Below, one piece after another: positions 1 to 8,970 of a DNA stretch of 64,000 nucleotides; the stretch's first letter is position 1; each line of letters opens with the position of its first letter. Below the pieces are notes generated by a model. It searched no databases and had not been told where the DNA came from. It saw nothing but the letters and a program-made list of their open reading frames with translations. The DNA is from Patescibacteria group bacterium (lineage in GTDB: Bacteria; Patescibacteriota; Minisyncoccia; Minisyncoccales; Staskawiczbacteraceae). Location: the NCBI GenBank assembly GCA_018829965.1, contig JAHJTG010000016.1, positions 93,537 to 157,536 of the forward strand, given 5' to 3'. Both the position numbers and the translations under genes were made by a program.

Positions 1-2004
1 CCAGAAAGAATTTCAATGCCTGATATTGATTTGGATTTTACTGACCGACGCAGAAATGAGGTTATAAATTATATCGGCCAGAAATATGGCAAAGACCATG
101 TTGCTCAAATTATTACATTTGGAACTATGGCCGCCAGAGCTGTTATTAGAGATGTCGGCAGAGCATTAGCTATCCCCTATAGTTATTGCGACAGAATAGC
201 AAAAATGATTCCCTTTGGTATGTCTTTAAAAGAGGCGCTTGATGGCGTAAGCGAATTTAAAGAACTTTATGAAAGCGATGCTGAAGCAAAAAGATTAATT
301 GATTTGGCAAAAAATCTTGAAGGAGTTGCCCGCCACGCTTCAACTCATGCCTGCGGTGTTGTTATTTCTGAAAAACCTTTAACCGATTACGTCCCTTTGC
401 AACATCCGACTCAAGATGACGAAACTATTGTTACTCAATATGAAATGCATGCCATTGAAGATTTAGGACTTTTAAAAATGGACTTATTGGGTTTGAAAAA
501 TTTAACTATTATTGAAGATTGTTTAGCGCGTATTTATCAGATTTATGGCAAATCAATTCAAGTTGATAACATTCCCGCAGACGATGAAAAAACCTACAAA
601 CTTTTTCAAGAAGCGAACACAATAGGTATTTTCCAATTAGAATCATCAGGAATGCAAAATTATTTAAAACAATTAAAACCAACTAGTTTTGATGATATTG
701 TGGCAATGGTTGCTCTATATAGACCGGGACCGATGCAATTTATTCCTGATTTTATCAAAGGAAAACATAAAAAGAAAAAAATAGAATATTTGCATCCTAA
801 ATTACAACCTATTTTAGAAAGCACCTACGGCATTTGCGTTTACCAAGAACAATTAATGCAGATCGCCCAGCATTTAGCCGGATTTTCTTTATCCGAAGCC
901 GATGTTTTAAGGAAAGCAATCGGGAAAAAAATAAATGATCTACTCCAAGCTCAAGAACAAAAGTTTATTTCTGGCTGTATCAAAAATGAAGTGCCTAAAA
1001 AAACCGCTCAAGAACTTTGGCAATGGATTTTACCTTTTGCCTCTTATGGATTTAATAAAAGTCACAGCGTGGGTTACGCCACGATTGCCTGCCAGACAGC
1101 TTATTTGAAAGCTCATTACCCTGTTGAATTTATGGCAGCTCTTTTAACTTCTGAAAAATCAGACATTGAAAGAATCGCTGTCCTAATAAAAGAATGCCAA
1201 AAAATGGGAATCCCTGTTTTACCGCCAGACGTTAACGAAAGCTTTAGAAATTTTTCTGTAATTCCAAATGAAAATAAAATACGTTTTGGATTGCTGGCGA
1301 TAAAAAATGTCGGCGAAAATATAGTTGAAGCAATTTTAGCAGAAAGAAAAGCCAAAGGAAATTTTAAATCAATGTATGATTTTATTTCCCGAATACAATC
1401 CAAAACCTTAAACAAGAAATCGTTTGAAAGTTTGATAAAAACCGGAGTTTTTGATAAATTAGAGGATAGGAGCAAGCTTTTATACAATATGGAGGATATA
1501 TTGGAAGCTAATCGGGAAATCAAGCAAAACATGAATAATAACCAAACAAGTCTCTTTGCAAATTCCTCTTCATATAATCCCTCTGTATTAAGATTGAAAG
1601 AAGCTCAAAATATATCTCTAAACGACCAACTAAATTGGGAAAAAGAACTTCTAGGCCTTTACATCTCTGCCCACCCTTTAGATAGCTTTAAATCTGTTTT
1701 AGAAAAAAACTCTTATCCCCTATCAAGGCTAGACAATGACGTAGTCGGCAAGCTGGTAAAAATCGGCGGGGTGATATCAACAATCAAGAGGATTATAACA
1801 AGGAACGGAAAGCCGATGCTTTTTATGAGCCTTGAAGATTTAACGAATAAGGTTGAGGTAGTTGTTTTCCCAACAGTTATTGATAGAAATCCCACTGTTC
1901 TTCAAGAAAATAAAATCGTGTTTGTAAAAGGCAAAGTTGACAACAGAGATGGCGAGATAAAAGTTATCGCAGATGAAATAGAAGAAATTATAAACACGGA
2001 TTAA
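1..2004 (+). CDS. dnaE: DNA polymerase III alpha subunit, C-terminal ~660 aa (gene starts upstream of the window)
   Basis: Frame is open to the window edge. Motifs LLKMDLLGLKNL, YRPGPMQFIP, GFNKSHSVGYA and a C-terminal OB-fold-like region. Confidence 0.9.
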   Translation, partial: PERISMPDIDLDFTDRRRNEVINYIGQKYGKDHVAQIITFGTMAARAVIRDVGRALAIPYSYCDRIAKMIPFGMSLKEALDGVSEFKELYESDAEAKRLIDLAKNLEGVARHASTHACGVVISEKPLTDYVPLQHPTQDDETIVTQYEMHAIEDLGLLKMDLLGLKNLTIIEDCLARIYQIYGKSIQVDNIPADDEKTYKLFQEANTIGIFQLESSGMQNYLKQLKPTSFDDIVAMVALYRPGPMQFIPDFIKGKHKKKKIEYLHPKLQPILESTYGICVYQEQLMQIAQHLAGFSLSEADVLRKAIGKKINDLLQAQEQKFISGCIKNEVPKKTAQELWQWILPFASYGFNKSHSVGYATIACQTAYLKAHYPVEFMAALLTSEKSDIERIAVLIKECQKMGIPVLPPDVNESFRNFSVIPNENKIRFGLLAIKNVGENIVEAILAERKAKGNFKSMYDFISRIQSKTLNKKSFESLIKTGVFDKLEDRSKLLYNMEDILEANREIKQNMNNNQTSLFANSSSYNPSVLRLKEAQNISLNDQLNWEKELLGLYISAHPLDSFKSVLEKNSYPLSRLDNDVVGKLVKIGGVISTIKRIITRNGKPMLFMSLEDLTNKVEVVVFPTVIDRNPTVLQENKIVFVKGKVDNRDGEIKVIADEIEEIINTD

Positions 2005-2075
2005 TACGGATTTTAGCGGATTAATACTAATAAAAACCATCCGCATAAATCTGTCTTATCCGCATAAATCAGCGT
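2001..2075. repeat. Arm-inverted array of short degenerate words (CGGATTA... then ...ATCCGCATAAAT)
   Basis: Left arm acggattaatacggattttagcggattaat and right arm catccgcataaatctgtcttatccgcataaatcagcg are roughly reverse-complementary. Fills the dnaE-thrS spacer. Confidence 0.6.
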
Positions 2076-2078
2076 CTT

Positions 2079-3809
2079 ATGAACATAGAAACAATTCGTC
2101 ATTCATTGGCTCATATTATGGCTTATGCCATTCAAGAACTTTATCCGAAAACAAAATTCGGAATCGGCCCGGCAGTAGAAAACGGGTTTTATTACGATAT
2201 TGAAACTCAAAAACCGATAAGGCCAGAGGAATTGTCAAAGATTGAGGAAAAAATGAAAGAGCTAATTAAACAAGACATCAAGTTCAAGAAAAAACTAACC
2301 AATAAAGCCCAAGCGAAAAAGATATTTAAGAGCCAGCCGTATAAGCTGGAGCTTATCAAGGAACTCAAAGAAAAGAATGCCACTATCTACGAATCAGGCG
2401 ATTTCATTGATTTGTGTAAAGGACCGCATATAAAGTCTGGTAAGGAGATAACTCCTGATGCTTTTAAATTAACAAGGATTGCCGGAGCTTATTGGAAAGG
2501 CAGCGAAAAGAATAAAATGCTGACCCGCATTTACGGATTGGCTTTTGCTTCTAAAAGAGAATTGATTGATTATTTAAACAACCTTGCTGAGGCAGAAAAG
2601 AGAGACCATAGGATTATCGGGCAAAAATTAGACTTATTTGTTTTTTCTGATTTAGTTGGACCAGGCCTTCCTCTTTTTACATTCAAAGGCGCCACCATTT
2701 TAAAAGAGATAAAAGATTATTGCAACGAACTTCAAAATGAAATCGGCTACCAGGAAGTACAAACTCCCAACATGAATAGAGCCGAACTCTTTAAAATTTC
2801 TGGCCATTATGAAAAATTCAAAGACGACATGTTTAAAGTTGTTTCACATTATACAGAAGAAGACTATTATCTAAAACCGATGAACTGCCCTCAACATACG
2901 CAGATATATGCTTCGAAACCAAGAAGCTATAAAGACCTGCCTATAAGAATTGCTGATTTTGCCCAACTTTATAGAGACGAAAAAACAGGGGAACTTTCTG
3001 GCCTTACGCGTCTGCGTGGATTTGCCCAGGATGACGGCCATTCCTTTTGCAAAGAAGATCAGATAAAAGATGAGTTTAAGTCTGTACTTTCTGTTATTGA
3101 GAAAGCAATGAAAACTTACGGGATGAATTATAAGATAAGATTTTCACTATGGGATCCGAAACATCCCGAAAAATATTTGGGCGATACTAAAATTTGGAAA
3201 AAATCGCAACAAATGCTTGAAGAAATCTTAATTGAAAACAAAATTGAATATTTCAGAGCAATCGGAGAAGCAGCTATGTACGGCCCGAAAATGGATTTAA
3301 TATCAAAAGATTCTTTAGGAAGAGAATGGCAGATATCAACTATCCAATTAGATTTCATTATGCCTCAGAGGTTCGGCTTAAAATATGTTGACTCTGACGG
3401 AAAAGATAAAACTCCGGTCATGATACACCGGGCAATAGTCGGCTCTCCGGAAAGATTCTTCGGCATTCTGATTGAACATTACGCGGGCAGTTTTCCTGTT
3501 TGGCTTTCCCCTATTCAAGCTTGGGTTGTGCCAGTGGGAGATAATCACAAAAAATATGCCAAAGAAATTTGCGAGAAATTATTAAATGAAAAAATAAGAG
3601 CGGAGATAAAAGACGACAATAATACTATTTCAAAAAAGATTAGAGAGGGGGAAATACAAAAAATCCCTTATCTTTTAATTGTTGGTGATAAAGAAATTAA
3701 ATCAGGTTCCGTAGCAGTAAGGGAAAGAAAGAAAGGAGATGTCGGTATGATAAAATTTGCTCAATTTATTGAACAAATTAAAAAAGAAATAGAGACCAAG
3801 AAATCCTAA
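2079..3809 (+). CDS. thrS: Threonine--tRNA ligase lacking the N-terminal TGS domain
   Basis: 576 aa. Starts at editing-domain motif RHSLAHIMA. Class II core YRDEKTGELSGLTRLRGFAQDDGH, HRAIVGSPERF, and a C-terminal anticodon-binding domain. Confidence 0.95.
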   Translation: MNIETIRHSLAHIMAYAIQELYPKTKFGIGPAVENGFYYDIETQKPIRPEELSKIEEKMKELIKQDIKFKKKLTNKAQAKKIFKSQPYKLELIKELKEKNATIYESGDFIDLCKGPHIKSGKEITPDAFKLTRIAGAYWKGSEKNKMLTRIYGLAFASKRELIDYLNNLAEAEKRDHRIIGQKLDLFVFSDLVGPGLPLFTFKGATILKEIKDYCNELQNEIGYQEVQTPNMNRAELFKISGHYEKFKDDMFKVVSHYTEEDYYLKPMNCPQHTQIYASKPRSYKDLPIRIADFAQLYRDEKTGELSGLTRLRGFAQDDGHSFCKEDQIKDEFKSVLSVIEKAMKTYGMNYKIRFSLWDPKHPEKYLGDTKIWKKSQQMLEEILIENKIEYFRAIGEAAMYGPKMDLISKDSLGREWQISTIQLDFIMPQRFGLKYVDSDGKDKTPVMIHRAIVGSPERFFGILIEHYAGSFPVWLSPIQAWVVPVGDNHKKYAKEICEKLLNEKIRAEIKDDNNTISKKIREGEIQKIPYLLIVGDKEIKSGSVAVRERKKGDVGMIKFAQFIEQIKKEIETKKS

Positions 3810-3998
3810 ATCCCAAACCCTAAACTCTAAATAAGCCCAAATTCCAAAACCCCAAATCCAAAAGTGTTTATAATTATAAGCGAGGATGGAAAAGAAAAAT
3901 TTATTTTTATTTTTCAACCGAGCGAAATAATTATGTGGCAACGCCACAATAATTTAGATATTTGGATTTTGAATTTGTTTAGAATTTAGAGTTTAAAA
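3801..3998. repeat. Composite intergenic palindrome: AAATCCY heptamer arm, AGCGAGG...CCGAGCGA core element (3871-3952), TTTAGRR heptamer arm
   Basis: Read directly: aaatcctaaatcccaaaccctaaactctaaat (3801-3863), then tttagatatttggattttgaatttgtttagaatttagagttt (3953-3998) in inverted orientation. Confidence 0.7.
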
Positions 3999-4003
3999 AA
4001 CTT

Positions 4004-5641
4004 ATGCCTCAATTATCGCAAGCAACCAAAGATCTTCTGTCGCAATATCGTTCCGGAGATAAAGTTAATCAACTCCCAGAAGGAGTAACCACTGTTCATG
4101 TAGATGAAGTCGCAGCAAAAGTCGCTGTTTTCTATGAAAAAATAAGAGGGATTATTGATTGGAGAGAAGAGCATCTTCTAAAGAGAGGGGCTATACAGAG
4201 GACGTTAAAAAGACATTTTTTTGTAGGTATTGATATCCTCCAGGAAAAATTGACCCGCGAATCTATCGCCGAGCCTTTGGTCTTAGAATTAATACGCGGC
4301 GGGCATTATCCAAATGATAAAATTCCAGAAACGAAGATAACTGACGTTCAAAAAATAATTGAAAAATATATTTTTATTCTGAAGAATATACCTCAAGCCG
4401 AAAGCGGACAAGACTCCTTGCATTTTTACAATTGGCTTTTATCAATTGCGGCCTGCGAAATTGAAGAAACCCTTAGCTCCTCTTACAAAGAAAGAGCCCT
4501 TATCTCCTATATGTACGAATTAATGAAAGAACGCATTGTTCTAAATGAAGGAGCTCTCGCTATAAAACCGCTTAAGGAGGAAGAAAAAAACGTCCAAATA
4601 TACATCGCCGTCCAAAGAGCTCTCTTCAAGCTTGATGCGCCAGTAATAAGCTACCATTTATTGAAATACAAATATCCGGATTGGAGAGATATAGGACAAG
4701 AAAAATTGCTGGAAGCCGCAAAAAATATGCTCTTGTTGGAAAAAAAGATAGAAAGAAATTTATCGCACCCCTTATCGGGCAAGTTTTATCAAATTTGTGA
4801 AAAATATGACACCCCATACTTGCTTTTAGGAGACATTTTATCTGAAGAGAATCCCGAAGAGCTCTCTAAAAAAATAGCAGAACCGGAAGCTATGGAGAGT
4901 TTAATTAAAAATACCTACAACAAAAGACTATCTACTCTTAAAACCAGGGTTCATCGCGCCGCTTTTTACTCAACACTTTCTGTTCTATTGACTAATGCTT
5001 TTTCAGTTCTGATTTTAGAAATACCAGTAGCAAAATTAATCTACGGCTTTTTCAGCAACTCCCCTTTTCTTACAATATCAGTGGATATTTTAGGACCAAC
5101 ATTCTTAATGTTCTTAATGGTAGCCACAATTAAACCGCCGACGAAAAATAATCTGAACATTGTAATAATGGAAACAATGAAAATTATTTATCAAAAAGAA
5201 AAGCAGGATGTTTATGAAGTAAGACATTCTCGACAAAAGGGACTTATCATGAAATCAATTATTGGTCTTATTTATCTTTCTGTAGCTTTAGTCTCTTTTG
5301 GAGCCATCTATTGGATTTTCTATCTTGCTAAATTCCCTATAACTTCAGCGGTAATCAATATTATGTTTATAGCTATAATTATGTTCACTGGACTAGCTAT
5401 CAGACGAAAAAGTGAAGAGCTCACGGTTGAAGAGGCAACGCCGGGTTTCTTGGGTTTTATATTTGATATTCTTTCCTTGCCAATTGCCAGCACGGGCCAG
5501 TGGCTATCTAACAAATGGAAAAAATACAATATTATCTCCGCCTTCTTCAGCGCGTTGATAGATCTGCCGTTTATGACATTTGTGAGGTTTATAGAACAAT
5601 GGAGATATTTCCTAAAAGAGAAAAAAGAAAAAATGCACTAA
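4004..5641 (+). CDS. Hypothetical protein: soluble N-terminal half plus C-terminal polytopic membrane domain
   Basis: 545-aa ORF with several hydrophobic helices after about aa 320. No motif I recognise. Confidence 0.5.
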   Translation: MPQLSQATKDLLSQYRSGDKVNQLPEGVTTVHVDEVAAKVAVFYEKIRGIIDWREEHLLKRGAIQRTLKRHFFVGIDILQEKLTRESIAEPLVLELIRGGHYPNDKIPETKITDVQKIIEKYIFILKNIPQAESGQDSLHFYNWLLSIAACEIEETLSSSYKERALISYMYELMKERIVLNEGALAIKPLKEEEKNVQIYIAVQRALFKLDAPVISYHLLKYKYPDWRDIGQEKLLEAAKNMLLLEKKIERNLSHPLSGKFYQICEKYDTPYLLLGDILSEENPEELSKKIAEPEAMESLIKNTYNKRLSTLKTRVHRAAFYSTLSVLLTNAFSVLILEIPVAKLIYGFFSNSPFLTISVDILGPTFLMFLMVATIKPPTKNNLNIVIMETMKIIYQKEKQDVYEVRHSRQKGLIMKSIIGLIYLSVALVSFGAIYWIFYLAKFPITSAVINIMFIAIIMFTGLAIRRKSEELTVEEATPGFLGFIFDILSLPIASTGQWLSNKWKKYNIISAFFSALIDLPFMTFVRFIEQWRYFLKEKKEKMH

Positions 5642-5642
5642 T

Positions 5643-5735
5643 CTAATCGCTGATAAGACGCTGATTTCTACGCTGATAAAAGGCTGATTCAGCGTAAATT
5701 CTGCGTATATTTCAGCGTTAACTCAGCGGAAATAA
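5643..5735. repeat. Arm-inverted array of GCTGAT / ATCAGC words
   Basis: cgctgataagacgctgatttctacgctgataaaaggctgat followed by tcagcgtaaattctgcgtatatttcagcgttaactcagcgg. Confidence 0.6.
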
Positions 5736-5737
5736 GT

Positions 5738-7363
5738 ATGTCTAATTCAATAAAATTATTTTTAACCATAACAGTAATCTATTCTGGATTAGTAATGGGT
5801 TTATCCGTTTCCGCTCAAACATTAATCCCAGAAAAAGCGCTTACTGCAACTGCAAATTCACAAAGCTTAGAAATTAAAGACCAAAATTTATTGCCAGATA
5901 GTCCTTTTTACTTTCTGAAAGAATGGAGTCGCGGAATCCAATCTCTTTTTACCTTCAATGATGTGAAAAAAGCCGAACTGAAAGAAAAGTTTGCCAATGA
6001 AAAGCTGCTAGAGCTACAAAAACTGATAGATAACAACGCCAGTCAAAAGATAATAGAAAAGGCAGCTGACAAGTACGGAGCAGAAATGGAAAAGATAAAA
6101 CAAGCTGTAGATAAAATAAAAGATAAAACAGAAGATAATTCTAAGGTAGAAGAATTTCTAGACAAGTTCACCAAACAAGCGCTTTTACACGAAGAGATCC
6201 TCCAAAAATTAGAAGATCAGGTTCCAACCGAGGTTTTTCAAAAGATAGAAGAAGCGCGGAAGAATCACATTGATAAATTTTGGGAAGTAATGCAAAAACT
6301 GGAAAACAACAAAGAAGAGATTAAAAATAGAATAGAAAATAAAATACAGGAACAATCGGGTCAAGAACTTTTAGGAATCAAATCATTGGAAATATTAAGC
6401 GGTTTAGAAGAAAATGCGTCATCGGAAGATATTAAAAAGATGATATGGGGAATAAAGCAAAACGCCATTCAAAATCTAGGACAAAAAATAGAAAACTTAA
6501 CAATAGAGGAACAAGAAACACTTAAAAGCTACATAAGTAATCCAGCTGGCGACAAAACAAGAAGACTCCAAGCGATAGAAACGTTAAAGTCAGAAATAAC
6601 AAATAATCCGCCAATTAAAGAAAAGCTTATGGAGTCCCGCCAAAATGTATTAGAAAAAATAGGAGAAAAAAATCAAACGAGAAATTGCCCAATTCTTTCA
6701 ACCCCAGGACTAGATTTTTGCACCAATGGCAAAATAGCGACAGAAAAAAATGATGCTGGTTGCGTTAATTTTGAATGCACCGAAGAAACACAGGACGGAA
6801 ATACAGGAAATAATAAATGCTCCCCTATTTGCTTAAACATTAATACCGGATCAGAGGGTTGGTATAACTCATGCGACAATGAATTAATAAAATATGACAG
6901 CTGTAAAGATTGTAAAGTTACTTGTAAAAATATCGGGGCTAACTCTGAAGGATTATACAATTCTTGCTCTGGAATTTTAATTAAAATGGAGAAATGCGGC
7001 GAGAAACCAGCAATATGCGCGCAGGTTTACGACCCCGTCTGCGGGAAAAATGGAAAAAATTATAATAATGAATGTTTTGCAAAAAATGCCGGTAAAGAAA
7101 TTGCCTATAAAGGAATTTGCAAATTAGAGTGCCAAAAAGATACTGATTGTCCGCAAAAATGCGCTGTTAGTTTCGTTGCCGCAAACTGCAATACAAAAGT
7201 AAAATGCGTAAATAATAAATGCGTTACAATAGAAGTAAAAAGCACAGGGAATGAAAACACTGGTAAATCAACCAACTCAACTAATTCAAGTGAAGGATGG
7301 GAACCGCGAGAAGGAAGCAATGAACCAGAGGTACCATTTGTTGACACAGGCGAACAGGAATAA
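5738..7363 (+). CDS. Secreted coiled-coil protein (DUF5667-like N-terminus) with a Cys-rich C-terminal region containing a Kazal-type module
   Basis: N-terminal signal/TM segment. DSPFYFLKEWSRGIQ motif. Long Lys/Glu-rich helical region. C-terminal CAQVYDPVCGKNGKNYNNECFAKNAGKEIAYKGIC. Confidence 0.6.
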   Translation: MSNSIKLFLTITVIYSGLVMGLSVSAQTLIPEKALTATANSQSLEIKDQNLLPDSPFYFLKEWSRGIQSLFTFNDVKKAELKEKFANEKLLELQKLIDNNASQKIIEKAADKYGAEMEKIKQAVDKIKDKTEDNSKVEEFLDKFTKQALLHEEILQKLEDQVPTEVFQKIEEARKNHIDKFWEVMQKLENNKEEIKNRIENKIQEQSGQELLGIKSLEILSGLEENASSEDIKKMIWGIKQNAIQNLGQKIENLTIEEQETLKSYISNPAGDKTRRLQAIETLKSEITNNPPIKEKLMESRQNVLEKIGEKNQTRNCPILSTPGLDFCTNGKIATEKNDAGCVNFECTEETQDGNTGNNKCSPICLNINTGSEGWYNSCDNELIKYDSCKDCKVTCKNIGANSEGLYNSCSGILIKMEKCGEKPAICAQVYDPVCGKNGKNYNNECFAKNAGKEIAYKGICKLECQKDTDCPQKCAVSFVAANCNTKVKCVNNKCVTIEVKSTGNENTGKSTNSTNSSEGWEPREGSNEPEVPFVDTGEQE

Positions 7364-7376
7364 ATTATTTATAAAA

Positions 7377-7401
7377 ACAGCCCTTGAACGGGCTGTTTTT
7401 C
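7377..7401 (+). terminator. Rho-independent terminator
   Basis: acagccc-ttgaac-gggctgt stem-loop followed by a T5 run, 14 nt after the stop codon. Confidence 0.75.
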
Positions 7402-7425
7402 TATTATAATATAAGCCGTATGAAA

Positions 7426-7551
7426 CCCCGTTAGAAGTTTACAAAAATTAGATTTACTTTACTCTATTTTTTTTATAATATAATTCAATTTTAGCAAAAG
7501 AGAGTTTTCCTCTCTTTTACCGCAGAGAAATATGGCAAACTTCTAACGGGG
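7426..7551. mobile_element. MITE-like element (126 bp) with 15-bp perfect terminal inverted repeats and a 5-bp flanking direct repeat
   Basis: ccccgttagaagttt (7426-7440) versus aaacttctaacgggg (7537-7551). tgaaa lies immediately outside both ends (7421-7425, 7552-7556). Confidence 0.6.
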
Positions 7552-7564
7552 TGAAATAAATCGA

Positions 7565-8938
7565 ATGACACAAAAATATTACATAATAACTTTCGGCTGC
7601 CAGATGAATGTATCGGATTCGGAAAGAATCGCAGCGGTTTTAGAATCTATAAAATACAAACCTGTTCAGAAAATAGAACCTGCTGATTTGGTTGTAGTAA
7701 ATATGTGTTCTGTGAGACAATCAGCCGTTGACCGAGTTTTTGGTTTAAACCAAAAACTCGTCAAACTCAAAAACCACAACCCACAACTCACAACTATATT
7801 AACTGGCTGTGTTCTAAAAAAAGATGAGAAAAAATTATCCAGATTTTTTGATTACATTATCAATATTAAAGATATTGGAAAACTGCCTAAAATTTTAAGA
7901 AACAAAAATGAGGGAAAAAAAGATTACCTTAGAATAAAACCAGCGCACGTTAATAAATTTTCTGCAATAGTGCCGATTATGACTGGATGTAATAATTTTT
8001 GCGCCTACTGCGTTGTCCCATACACTCGTGGAAAGGAAGTTTCAAGGCCGGCCAAAGATATTATCTGCGAGATTAAAAACTTAATTAAGCGCGGATACAA
8101 AGAAATCTGGCTGATGGGACAAAACGTGAACTCTTACGGAGTTCAACGCGAAACTGATGCGAAACAAAACGCGAAACTGATGCGAAACAAAATAAACTTT
8201 CCTAAATTATTAAAGATGGTAAATAATATTCCAGGAAACTTTTGGATAAGGTTTACCTCTTCCCATCCTAAACCCAGCACTAGGGCAAAGCTCAGTGCTG
8301 GACTAGTCCCGTACCGAAACAAAGTTTCTGGTACGGGGGATTTTTCTTGGAATGAATTAATCAATATTATAGCTAAAGGAGAGAAAATCACCCCCTACCT
8401 TAATCTTCCGGTCCAAGCTGGTGACGATAAGGTTCTGAAAAGAATGAATAGGCCTTATACAATAAAACAATATATAAATATCATTAAGAAAGTCGGAAAG
8501 AAAATTCCTGATATTTGTCTTTCAACAGATATAATTGTCGGCTTCCCCGGAGAAACAAAAAAACAATTTCAGAATAGTGTTAAATTGTTTAAAGAGATAA
8601 ATTACGACATGGCATATATCTCAGAATATTCTCCAAGACCAAAAACAATGTCCGCTAAAATGAAAGACGATATTTCCATAGAAGAAAAATCTGAAAGAAA
8701 AAGAATTCTAAATAATATCTTAAAAGAAACTGCGTTGGGAAAAAACAAACGATACGTCAATAAAGTTGTAGAAGTTTTACCAATGGAATATAAGAACGGA
8801 CTCTTATTTGGTAAATCTTGGCACTATAAAACAGTGAAGTTTAAAGGGAATAAAAACCTGATCGGAAAATTCGTTAAAGTAAAAATTACTAACGCTTTGC
8901 CTTGGATACTGGAAGGAAAAATAGAATATAGAATTTAG
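7565..8938 (+). CDS. miaB: tRNA-i6A37 methylthiotransferase MiaB (radical SAM)
   Basis: N-terminal UPF0004 domain (YIITFGCQMN), CNNFCAYC radical-SAM cluster, C-terminal TRAM domain. Carries two internal repeat insertions. Confidence 0.9.
   Translation: MTQKYYIITFGCQMNVSDSERIAAVLESIKYKPVQKIEPADLVVVNMCSVRQSAVDRVFGLNQKLVKLKNHNPQLTTILTGCVLKKDEKKLSRFFDYIINIKDIGKLPKILRNKNEGKKDYLRIKPAHVNKFSAIVPIMTGCNNFCAYCVVPYTRGKEVSRPAKDIICEIKNLIKRGYKEIWLMGQNVNSYGVQRETDAKQNAKLMRNKINFPKLLKMVNNIPGNFWIRFTSSHPKPSTRAKLSAGLVPYRNKVSGTGDFSWNELINIIAKGEKITPYLNLPVQAGDDKVLKRMNRPYTIKQYINIIKKVGKKIPDICLSTDIIVGFPGETKKQFQNSVKLFKEINYDMAYISEYSPRPKTMSAKMKDDISIEEKSERKRILNNILKETALGKNKRYVNKVVEVLPMEYKNGLLFGKSWHYKTVKFKGNKNLIGKFVKVKITNALPWILEGKIEYRI
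8273..8338 (+). repeat. 66-nt twin-hairpin insertion, in frame inside miaB
   Basis: ccagcact...agtgctgg and cccgtacc(gaaac aaa gtttc)ggtacggg. Splits the conserved SSHPK|DF motif and is translated PSTRAKLSAGLVPYRNKVSGTG. Confidence 0.7.
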
Positions 8939-8970
8939 GATTTAGGATTTAGAATTTAGAATAAAAAATC

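Noticed and set aside
1116-1532. Antisense shadow ORFs inside well-supported genes. Examples: 1116-1532, 3128-3358, 11300-11555, 19114-19620, 24544-25449, 44971-45432, 55106-56407.
   Set aside because: They lie fully within, and opposite to, genes with strong motif support. Their translations are low-complexity (Leu/Ser/Phe-rich), as expected for the reverse strand of AT-rich genes.
3801-3863. TTTAGGG/CCCTAAA-like heptamers as telomere repeats or a linear replicon end.
   Set aside because: The arrays are short, degenerate, internal to a gene-dense region, present at many spacers and even inside ORFs. The resemblance to plant-type telomere repeats is coincidental.
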